DNA of 64,000 nucleotides, taken from Vicinamibacteria bacterium (GTDB taxonomy: Bacteria > Acidobacteriota > Vicinamibacteria > Fen-336 > JAGNNV01). The DNA is taken from assembly GCA_044229175.1 (NCBI GenBank), contig JBGATM010000009.1, forward strand, positions 71,700 to 135,699, read 5' to 3'. A program made the position numbers and the translations under genes. This document shows positions 9,004 to 16,503 of this stretch, piece by piece (position 1 is the stretch's first letter; each line of letters starts with the position of its first letter). The notes below the pieces were generated by a model. The model searched no databases. It had not been told where the DNA came from and saw only the letters and a program-made list of their open reading frames with translations.

Positions 9004-10863
9004 ATGCGTACGATCAGAGCAACGGAGATGTCCCGATACGGCATCCTCGCCCTGGCGATTTTCGCCGTGGCGTGCGCCCCCAGCGCTCCCAAGGGAGCTC
9101 AGAAATCCGGAGGAGGCGCCACGTCGGACGTGGCCATCGCGGCCCAGAAGACCTACGTGGCCCCCGGCGATCTCGACGAGTACTACCTCTTCTCGTCGGG
9201 CGGTCATTCCGGCCAGGTGTACGTCTATGGCGTGCCATCGATGAGGCACATCACCACCATCCCCGTCTTCACCCCCTACCCGGGGACCGGCTACGGTTTC
9301 GACGACGATTCGAAGAAGATGCTTGGACCCGACCTCACCTGGGGCGATCTCCATCACCCCAAGCTCTCCGAGACCAACGGCGACTACGACGGCCGCTGGC
9401 TCTTCGTGAACGAGATGAACGGTCGGGTGGCCCGCATCGATCTGCGCGATTTCAAGACCAAGCAGATCCTCGGGCCCATCCCGAACGTGTCCGGCAACCA
9501 CGCGTCGGCGTTCGTGACCCCCAACAGCGAGTACTCGGTCATGGCCTCGCGCTTCTCCATTCCCATTCCCAAGGGAACGGTGGCCGGCGTCGACAAGTAC
9601 GCGTCCGACTACAAGGGCGTGATCACCGGGATCAAGATCGATCCGAAATCGGGCGAACTGAGCTTCGGCTGGCAGATCGTCATGCCGCCCTTCGACTACG
9701 ACCTCGGCGATGCCGGCAAGAAGGCGTCCGACGGGTACGTGTTCTTCACCTCCTACAACACCGAGAAGGCCACGGGCAAGCTCGAGGTGACCGCGTCCCA
9801 GAAGGACCGCGACTACATCGCCATGGTCGACTGGAGACTCGCGGAGAAGTCGGCAGCCGAAGGCAAGGGCAAGATGATCGGTGGGGTCAAGGTTCTCGAT
9901 CCCAAGGAAATCCCCGGACTCGTGTACTTCCTCCCCTGCGGCAAGTCGCCCCACGGCGTCGACGTGGCCCCCGAGGGCAAGTGGATCGTGGGCTCCGGCA
10001 AGCTCCAGGGCGTCACCACCGTGTTCAACATCGAGAAGATCCAGACCGCGATCAAGAACAAGAACTTCACCGGCGACGAGGACGGCATCCCCGTGCTCAA
10101 GTACGAGGACATCAAGGATGCGGAAGTGCCAGTCGGCCTCGGCCCCCTGCACACCCAGTTCGGGCCCGACAACTGGGCGTACACCTCTCTGTTCGTGGAC
10201 AGCGCCATCGCGAAGTGGAAGCTCGGCACCTGGGAAGTGGTGGACAAGGTTCCCATGTCCTACTCCATCGGCCACCTCTCCGCCGCGGAGGGAGACACCG
10301 TCAGTCCCGACGGCAAGTACCTGGTCGGCCTCAACAAGCTCTCTCACGGGCGTCATCTCTCCGTCGGTCCGAGCCAGCCCGAATCGTCGCAGCTCGTGGA
10401 CATCAGCGAAGAGAAGATGAAGCTCATCTACGACGCCTTCACCGAGCCCGAGCCCCACTACGCCCAGATGATCAAGGCGGACAAGCTGCATCCGATCGAG
10501 GTCTACACCAAGGAGGAGAACAAGCATCCCCTGGCCATCTGGGACGTGAAGGACGCGGGCGTCACCAGAAACGGCAACAAGGTCCTGGTGAAGATGGTGG
10601 CGGTTCGCTCGACCCTCACTCCGACCGACTTCGAAGTGAAGGCGGGCGACGAGGTGACCATCGCCATCACCAACATCGAGCAGACCACCGACGAACTGCA
10701 TGGGTTCGGACTGCTCGACTACAACATCAACATCGTCGTGGATCCGGGCGAGACCAAGACGGTGACGTTCAAGGCCAAGAAGGCTGGTGTGTTCCCGTTC
10801 TATTGCACCAACTTCTGCTCGGCTCTGCATCAGGAGATGCAGGGCTACTTCATCGTGCGCTGA
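9004..10863 (+). CDS. nosZ: Nitrous oxide reductase NosZ with Sec-type signal peptide (clade II-like).
   Basis: CuA motif CTNFCSALHQEMQGY at the C-terminus. His-rich beta-propeller region. N-terminal MRTIRATEMSRYGILALAIFAVACA is a Sec (not Tat) signal. RBS GGTGAGG lies 9 nt upstream of ATG 9004 (the ORF track starts at GTG 8989). Confidence 0.9.
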   Translation: MRTIRATEMSRYGILALAIFAVACAPSAPKGAQKSGGGATSDVAIAAQKTYVAPGDLDEYYLFSSGGHSGQVYVYGVPSMRHITTIPVFTPYPGTGYGFDDDSKKMLGPDLTWGDLHHPKLSETNGDYDGRWLFVNEMNGRVARIDLRDFKTKQILGPIPNVSGNHASAFVTPNSEYSVMASRFSIPIPKGTVAGVDKYASDYKGVITGIKIDPKSGELSFGWQIVMPPFDYDLGDAGKKASDGYVFFTSYNTEKATGKLEVTASQKDRDYIAMVDWRLAEKSAAEGKGKMIGGVKVLDPKEIPGLVYFLPCGKSPHGVDVAPEGKWIVGSGKLQGVTTVFNIEKIQTAIKNKNFTGDEDGIPVLKYEDIKDAEVPVGLGPLHTQFGPDNWAYTSLFVDSAIAKWKLGTWEVVDKVPMSYSIGHLSAAEGDTVSPDGKYLVGLNKLSHGRHLSVGPSQPESSQLVDISEEKMKLIYDAFTEPEPHYAQMIKADKLHPIEVYTKEENKHPLAIWDVKDAGVTRNGNKVLVKMVAVRSTLTPTDFEVKAGDEVTIAITNIEQTTDELHGFGLLDYNINIVVDPGETKTVTFKAKKAGVFPFYCTNFCSALHQEMQGYFIVR

Positions 10864-10906
10864 GGCTCGTCCTAGCGGGCGGTCGGCGTTTCGCAGTCGT
10901 GGGGTC

Positions 10907-10957
10907 GTGGTCCTCCTCCCTCAGGACCACGGCCCCTCCTTTTGAAAGGGGTGCCGC
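10907..10957 (+). terminator. Two consecutive hairpins after nosZ (GTGGTCCT-N8-AGGACCAC, then CCCC-tccttttgaaa-GGGG). The second overlaps the putative nosB RBS.
   Basis: Inverted repeats read directly from the sequence. Lie in the 94-bp nosZ-nosB spacer. Confidence 0.3.
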
Positions 10958-11590
10958 ATGCGTGACTTCCTGAAACGGGCGAATGCCTTCCTGGACGCCC
11001 CCCTCGATCTTGGCCCCCGGGTGATGGTGCTCTGCGCGGCTCTGGCCCTCATCCCCACCTTCACCTCGCCCCTCTACACCATGACCATGTTCGCGCCCCA
11101 GTATCCCGACGGCCTGCGGCTGTTCATCTACAGCTACAAACTCGTGGGCGGGAACGGCGGTCAGGATGTCAAGGAGATCAACGTCCTGAACCACTACATC
11201 GGAATGCGTGATCTTGCCACCGAGGATTTCGGCGAATTCAAGTGGATGCCCTTCGTCATCGGCGCGTTTTCCCTTCTGTTCCTGCGCACCGTGGTGATGG
11301 GCAGGCTGACCCATCTGGTGGATTCTGTGGTCTTGTTCGTCTACTTCGGCGCCTTCGCCCTGTGGTCCTTCGGTTACAAGATGTGGAGCTATGGTCACAA
11401 CCTCGCCCCCACCGCCGCGGTGAAGGTGGCTCCCTTCATGCCGCCCATGTACGGGTACAAGCAGCTCGCGAACTTCGAGGTCTACTCGTATCCAGCGCTA
11501 GGGTCGTACGCCCTGGGCGCTTCGGCCCTCCTCTTGATCCTGGGCTTCGTGTGGGCGGCCCGAAGCGCCCGCCGGCCGTTTTCAGCCTGA
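10958..11590 (+). CDS. nosB: NosB-like polytopic membrane protein (the accessory gene that follows nosZ in clade II clusters).
   Basis: 210-aa protein with about 5 hydrophobic helices, immediately downstream of a Sec-type nosZ. The assignment rests on position and topology only. Confidence 0.5.
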   Translation: MRDFLKRANAFLDAPLDLGPRVMVLCAALALIPTFTSPLYTMTMFAPQYPDGLRLFIYSYKLVGGNGGQDVKEINVLNHYIGMRDLATEDFGEFKWMPFVIGAFSLLFLRTVVMGRLTHLVDSVVLFVYFGAFALWSFGYKMWSYGHNLAPTAAVKVAPFMPPMYGYKQLANFEVYSYPALGSYALGASALLLILGFVWAARSARRPFSA

Positions 11591-11597
11591 GCGCGAC

Positions 11598-12989
11598 ATG
11601 TTGACCGGGGCGATGGCGGTGATGCTGCTTCTGGGTTCGGGCGCGGCCCCGCAGCCGCCCGGCGACGACGGGGCGGTGACGCCGGGACAGGTGGAGGGCC
11701 GGCCGGCTCCGGGTGACCAGTCCCCCCTCCAGTCCCGCGTGGATGAGGCGGCCCCGGGCGCGATCATCGTGGTCCACGCCGGCACCTATCGAGGCGATCT
11801 GTTCCTCGATCGCCCCCTGACCCTCCGCGCCCAAGGCGAGGTGACCCTTGTCGGTTCGGGCCACGGCAGCGTGGTGCGCGTGCGCGCGGCCGATGTGACC
11901 ATCGAGGGCTTCAGCATCGACGGCATGCGCGGCGGCGACCTGGGTCGGGACTCGTCGGGCATTCATGTGACCGGTCGCGATGCGACGGTGAGGCGATGCC
12001 GTATCCGGAACTCACTCTTCGGGATCTACCTGCGCGAGTCCAGTGGAACGGTGGTGGAGGACACGGAGATCCTCGGCATTCCCGGCCTCGATCCGGGGGA
12101 GAAGGGCTCGGGAATTCACCTCTGGAACTCGCACGGGTTCCGGCTGGAGCGCAACGTGATCCGCGACGTGCGCGACGGGTTCTATGTGCAGTCCTCGACC
12201 GGCGGCGTGATTCGGGGGAACCGGGTCACCGATATCCGCTACGGCCTCCACTACATGTTTTCGGACGACAATCTGTTCGAGGACAACGTCTTCGAGAACG
12301 GGGCGGCCGGCGCGGCCCTCATGTACTCGAAACGGATCGTTTTCCGGCGGAACCAGTTCATCCGCAACCGCGGCTTCGCTTCGGTGGGTCTGCTCCTCAA
12401 GGTCTGTGACAACGTCCTGGCCGAGGACAATCTGCTCGCGGACAACGCGCGGGGCCTGTTCGTGGAGGGGTCGGAAAAGAACACATTCCGGCGGAATGTC
12501 ATCGCGGGATCGGACGTGGCCGTGGTCCTCTACGATTCGGTGTCGGGGCAGCGTTTCGAGTCCAACTCCTTCGTCTCCAACCGCTCGCCCCTGCTCCTCG
12601 TGGGCACGCGCACCGACACGATCTTCACCGGGAACTACTACACCGGAAACCTCGAGCCGGACCTCGACGGCGATGGAGCCAGCGATCGCCCCTTCACCCT
12701 CGGCAGCGTCTTCGATCACTTCCGGGGGAACGTGATCGCCGCGGATTTGCTGGTCGACACCCCGGCGGCCGAGGCCCTGGGCCTGGCGGAGCGGACGTTC
12801 CCGGTGCTCCGGAAGATCGCGGTTGCCGATGACCGCCCTCTGGCCAAGGCGCCGGAACTCCCGGCCGTGCCCGTGGCCGCGCGCGTGCGGGGCGCCGCCA
12901 GTCTCCTCGGCCTGCTGGTCTCGGCCGGGTTGATGCTTCTCGGTCTCGCGGGATTTCACCTCGGGCAGCGCGCGGGAGGGGCGGCATGA
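11598..12989 (+). CDS. nosD: NosD, periplasmic copper-processing protein with right-handed parallel beta-helix repeats.
   Basis: Repeated G(N/D)xI...N beta-helix motifs. Start codon overlaps the nosF start region (ATGA). Confidence 0.8.
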   Translation: MLTGAMAVMLLLGSGAAPQPPGDDGAVTPGQVEGRPAPGDQSPLQSRVDEAAPGAIIVVHAGTYRGDLFLDRPLTLRAQGEVTLVGSGHGSVVRVRAADVTIEGFSIDGMRGGDLGRDSSGIHVTGRDATVRRCRIRNSLFGIYLRESSGTVVEDTEILGIPGLDPGEKGSGIHLWNSHGFRLERNVIRDVRDGFYVQSSTGGVIRGNRVTDIRYGLHYMFSDDNLFEDNVFENGAAGAALMYSKRIVFRRNQFIRNRGFASVGLLLKVCDNVLAEDNLLADNARGLFVEGSEKNTFRRNVIAGSDVAVVLYDSVSGQRFESNSFVSNRSPLLLVGTRTDTIFTGNYYTGNLEPDLDGDGASDRPFTLGSVFDHFRGNVIAADLLVDTPAAEALGLAERTFPVLRKIAVADDRPLAKAPELPAVPVAARVRGAASLLGLLVSAGLMLLGLAGFHLGQRAGGAA

Positions 12990-13894
12990 TCTCGTTCCGC
13001 GGTTTCGTCAAGACCTACGGAAAGCACGAGGCGGTCAAGGGTCTCGACCTGAACGTGGGCCGGGGTGAGGTGGTGGCCCTCCTCGGACCCAACGGCTCCG
13101 GCAAGACCACGTCGCTCAAGGCCGCGGCCGGCCTGGTCAAGCCCACGGCCGGCGTGGTTCTGGTGGGGAACCCCGGCCGCCCCGCGAGCGAGCCCGAGGC
13201 GCGGCGCTGCCTTTCCTTCCTTCCTCAGCGCGTCGCTTTCCAGGATTCCCTCTCCGGCCAGGAGGTCTTGAACTTTCACCGCCAGATTCGCGGCGTCGAC
13301 GCGGCCCATGCCACCGCGGCCCTCGGTGTCGCTTCCCTCAATGGCGCGGTGGTCCGGGCGGTGTCCACGTACTCGGGCGGAATGCTCCAGCGTCTGGGCC
13401 TCGCGGTGGCGTTGCTTCCGGACGCCCCCGTATTCCTTCTGGACGAGCCCACCGCCGCGCTCGACCCCGACGGCCTGGAGGCGTTCTACAAGGTCATCGC
13501 GAAGTCGCGGGCGGACGGCCGCGCGGTCCTCTTCACTTCTCATCAGATGGGCGACGCCGAGCGGCTGGCCGACCGGTTCGCCATCCTGGTCGACGGCGTC
13601 CTTGTCGCCGACATCGGCGGACGCGAGATGAAGGACCGTCTGGCCGAACGGGGACACATGAGGCTTCGCGTACCCTCGCTCGACCCGTCAACCCTGGCCG
13701 GTCTGCGCGTCATGGCGCCCGAGGCGGTGTTCACGGATGGCGAACTCGTGGTTCCCGGACCCGCGGGCATGCGTCCCCGCGTCATCGAGCTGATCCTGGC
13801 TCGGGGACATCAGATCGTCGACCTGGTGGCCGAGGATGGCCGTCTCGACGATCTCTACCGCGAGATGGTCGGCCCTCGGGGAGAAGCCCGGTGA
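12986..13894 (+). CDS. nosF: NosF, ABC transporter ATP-binding protein.
   Basis: Walker A GPNGSGKTT. ABC signature YSGGMLQRL. Walker B FLLDEP. Confidence 0.8.
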   Translation: MISFRGFVKTYGKHEAVKGLDLNVGRGEVVALLGPNGSGKTTSLKAAAGLVKPTAGVVLVGNPGRPASEPEARRCLSFLPQRVAFQDSLSGQEVLNFHRQIRGVDAAHATAALGVASLNGAVVRAVSTYSGGMLQRLGLAVALLPDAPVFLLDEPTAALDPDGLEAFYKVIAKSRADGRAVLFTSHQMGDAERLADRFAILVDGVLVADIGGREMKDRLAERGHMRLRVPSLDPSTLAGLRVMAPEAVFTDGELVVPGPAGMRPRVIELILARGHQIVDLVAEDGRLDDLYREMVGPRGEAR

Positions 13895-14340
13895 AGCGCC
13901 TCGTGCTTCTGCTTTCCCTGGCGCTCGTCTCGTGCGATGGGGAACCGCGCCCCGAGGACCTGGTCAAAGGCCGGGACCTGTGCGCCACCTGTCGCATGCC
14001 CGTATCGGACATCCGCTTTGCCGCGCAGATCACCGCGCCCGGGGAACTGCCGCGATTCTTCGACGACCCTGGCTGCTTCGCCGAGTTCGTCCGGAGCGGG
14101 GAAGTGAAGGAGAAAGGGGCGGTCGCCTGGGTGGCGGACCATCGCACCGGGACCTGGGTGCGCGCCGATCGCGCGGTCTATACCCGCGTGGAGAACCTGG
14201 CCACACCGATGAACCACAAGCTGGTGGCGCATGAAAGCCCCGCCTCGCGGGATTCCGATCCTGCGGCCAGGGATGGGAAGCCTCTGTCCCTCCTGGAAGT
14301 CTTCGGCCCCAAGGGGCCTCCCACGGGTGCTTCATCATGA
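13891..14340 (+). CDS. nosL: NosL, copper chaperone lipoprotein.
   Basis: Lipobox LALVSC. CxxC-M motif CATCRM. Size about 150 aa. GTGA overlap with nosF. Confidence 0.7.
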   Translation: MKRLVLLLSLALVSCDGEPRPEDLVKGRDLCATCRMPVSDIRFAAQITAPGELPRFFDDPGCFAEFVRSGEVKEKGAVAWVADHRTGTWVRADRAVYTRVENLATPMNHKLVAHESPASRDSDPAARDGKPLSLLEVFGPKGPPTGASS

Positions 14341-15164
14341 ATCTTCGTTTGTTCGCGGCCGAGGAACTGAAGATCGCCCTCCGCTCGCGGTGGACCCAGA
14401 TCTTCGCCGTGGTGTTCGCGATCCTCGCCGGGGGAGTCGCCGCCGCGGGGTATGTGATTTCCGGCGGCCACGGCGTCCAGGATTTCGCGCGCACGTCCGC
14501 ATCGCTGGTTCACCTCGTGGTGCTGATCGTGCCCCTGGTGAGCCTGATGCTGGGCGTGCTTTCGCTGTCCCTGGAGCGGGGCGCCGCCGAGGTGGTCTTC
14601 GCTCTCCCCGTCTCCAGGCGGACCATCCTGCTCGGCCGGCTGCTCGGACTCTTCACCGCCCTCGCCCTGGCCCAGTCGTTCGGTTTTGGCCTTGCCGGGC
14701 TCCTCGTCTACACCCAGTCCGGTCCCGAGGGCATCGGCGATTTCGTCATCGTGCTGGCCGCTTCCTTCGTGGCCACGGCCGTGTTCCTTGCCCTCGCGGC
14801 GCTCCTCTCCGCGGACGCCTTCGGTCGAAGGCGCACGAAGGCCCTCGCGCTCGCGCTCGTCGCGTGGCTCGTGGGCGAAGTGTTCATCGATCTCGCCGCC
14901 CTCGGCCTTGCGACCTTCCTTCCCTCCGGCGCCGCTTCGCGCGTCCTCATCCTGGCGAGCCTCGTGAATCCCATCGGCGCCCTGCGCACGGGGGCGCTGC
15001 TTCTGGTGGAGGGCACGGGCGCTTTCGGCGCGGCCTCCCTCGCGCTGCTTCGCTTCACGCACGGGCCCGCGGGAGCGGGCGCGTTGATTGCGCTCTCGCT
15101 CATCGGCTGGATTCTCGTGCCCGCCTTCTGGGCGGGCCGTCGCCTCGAACGCGCCGACATCTAG
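14337..15164 (+). CDS. nosY: NosY, ABC-2 type permease.
   Basis: Six predicted TM helices. ATGA overlap with nosL. Sits in the nos context. Confidence 0.7.
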   Translation: MNLRLFAAEELKIALRSRWTQIFAVVFAILAGGVAAAGYVISGGHGVQDFARTSASLVHLVVLIVPLVSLMLGVLSLSLERGAAEVVFALPVSRRTILLGRLLGLFTALALAQSFGFGLAGLLVYTQSGPEGIGDFVIVLAASFVATAVFLALAALLSADAFGRRRTKALALALVAWLVGEVFIDLAALGLATFLPSGAASRVLILASLVNPIGALRTGALLLVEGTGAFGAASLALLRFTHGPAGAGALIALSLIGWILVPAFWAGRRLERADI

Positions 15165-15185
15165 CCCGGAACGAGCGCGCCGGCC

Positions 15186-15208
15186 CCCGCGCCGCGACTG
15201 GGCGCGGG
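15186..15208. terminator. GC-rich hairpin (8-bp stem CCCGCGCC/GGCGCGGG) between the convergent nosY and marR genes.
   Basis: Perfect 8-bp inverted repeat with a 7-nt loop, read directly from the sequence. No U-tract follows. Confidence 0.3.
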
Positions 15209-15241
15209 AACCACCGGGTTTCCCACTCGATTCGACCGCTC

Positions 15242-15718
15242 CTATCGAGCGGGGTCCGGCCCCATGGTCGGGTCCCTGAGGCTGAGCGCCACCACCCCCA
15301 GGGCTTTGATCGCGCTCTCGACTTCCTCCCGGGTCAGGGCGTGAAGGGCCTTGTGAACCCCTGACTCGATGGTCGGTTCAGGCCGCCCCAGCAAAGCGAG
15401 TCCGGCCGGGGTGATCTGGAGCAGCGAACGCCGCCGATCGGGTCCATCGGAACGGCGAGAGAGCAACCCGCGGCTCACCAGCCGCTTCATCACCCCCGAG
15501 ACCGTGCTCGGATGCAGATGGAGAAGCCGGGCGAGACGGCCCGCGGGAAGGCCGGGGAATCGACTGACGAGCCGAAGAGCGAGCCGCTGGGGTCCGGTAA
15601 CCCCGAGGTCCTTCGCCATCCGCTTCGAGCGCTTCTGCAAAGCGTGATCGAGCGCCCACAGCTCCCGGAGGAAGGCCAGGTCCGGGCCGAGGTCGATCGG
15701 CGGATCGAGCGGTTTCAT
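15242..15718 (-). CDS. MarR-family transcriptional regulator.
   Basis: Winged-HTH region LVSRFPGLPAGRLARLLHLHPSTVSGVMKRLVSRGLLSR. ATGA overlap with the otsB stop. Confidence 0.75.
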   Translation of the reverse strand: MKPLDPPIDLGPDLAFLRELWALDHALQKRSKRMAKDLGVTGPQRLALRLVSRFPGLPAGRLARLLHLHPSTVSGVMKRLVSRGLLSRRSDGPDRRRSLLQITPAGLALLGRPEPTIESGVHKALHALTREEVESAIKALGVVALSLRDPTMGPDPAR

Positions 15719-16503
15719 CGGACCTGTCCGGCCGCGGCGATGAGGTCTCCCATCCGCGTCCATCGCTCGCGGAGGCCGATGAGGACCCGGAGGAAGGCGT
15801 CGATGTCGGCCTGGGACTTGAGGTAGAAATCCGCGCGCGAGGTGGCCTTGCGGCCCACGCGGACGGTAAGCAGGCGGCCCGGCTGGTCGAGGGCGAACAC
15901 GTCCTCGTCCGTCTCGTCGTCACCGACATAGATGGCGGTGTCGCAACGAAGGCGGGCGCGCTCCCGCTCCAGGGCGATGCCCTTGTGGGGCGCGTCCGAG
16001 GGGACGATGTTCACGACCTCGATCCCTCCGATGAGGCGAACGTCCTCGAGCCCCGCGGCCGCCCTCATGATCAGGTCCCGGACCCGCTTCTTGGAGCGGG
16101 AACGGCGGAAGTGGATGGCCAGGGAGTACGTCTTGTCTTCGATCTCGACCCCGACCTCGCCTTCCAGGAACTTTTCGAACAAGGGACGCCAGTCCTGGAC
16201 CCGCCGGTGGGTGTGCTGAGTCGCTCGCCATGGCTCAACTCCATGATTGCCCACCACGCCCCGAAGGCCCAGGCCCTTCACGCGCCTGGCGACATCGGAC
16301 AGCGCCCGTCCCGAGATGACCACGCATGGGTAGAGCACGGCCGCCCGCGCGAGAAGGCTCCGAGTGCCTGGCCGCATGGCCGCCTCCGGCGGATCATCGA
16401 CGATGGGGGCGAGCGTGCCGTCGAAATCGAAGGCGAGCAGGGTCTGCGACCAGGCGAAGGGCTCAATCAGAGCCTGCTGCGGTCCAGCCAGGATGTCCTT
16501 CAT
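15715..16503 (-). CDS. otsB: Trehalose-6-phosphate phosphatase OtsB (HAD family).
   Basis: Motif I FDFDGTL. Motif IYVGDDETDE. ATGA overlap with the otsA stop. The longer ORF-track version carries an Arg-rich N-terminal extension that overlaps otsA. Confidence 0.8.
   Translation of the reverse strand: MKDILAGPQQALIEPFAWSQTLLAFDFDGTLAPIVDDPPEAAMRPGTRSLLARAAVLYPCVVISGRALSDVARRVKGLGLRGVVGNHGVEPWRATQHTHRRVQDWRPLFEKFLEGEVGVEIEDKTYSLAIHFRRSRSKKRVRDLIMRAAAGLEDVRLIGGIEVVNIVPSDAPHKGIALERERARLRCDTAIYVGDDETDEDVFALDQPGRLLTVRVGRKATSRADFYLKSQADIDAFLRVLIGLRERWTRMGDLIAAAGQVR

Noticed and set aside
6211-10830. 1539-aa - strand ORF
   Set aside because: Spans four well-supported + strand genes (Rieske, cyt b, cyt c, nosZ). 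Typical open antisense frame of high-GC DNA.
8241-10973. 910-aa + strand ORF in an alternate frame
   Set aside because: Out-of-frame overlap of the cytochrome c and nosZ genes. Arg-rich.
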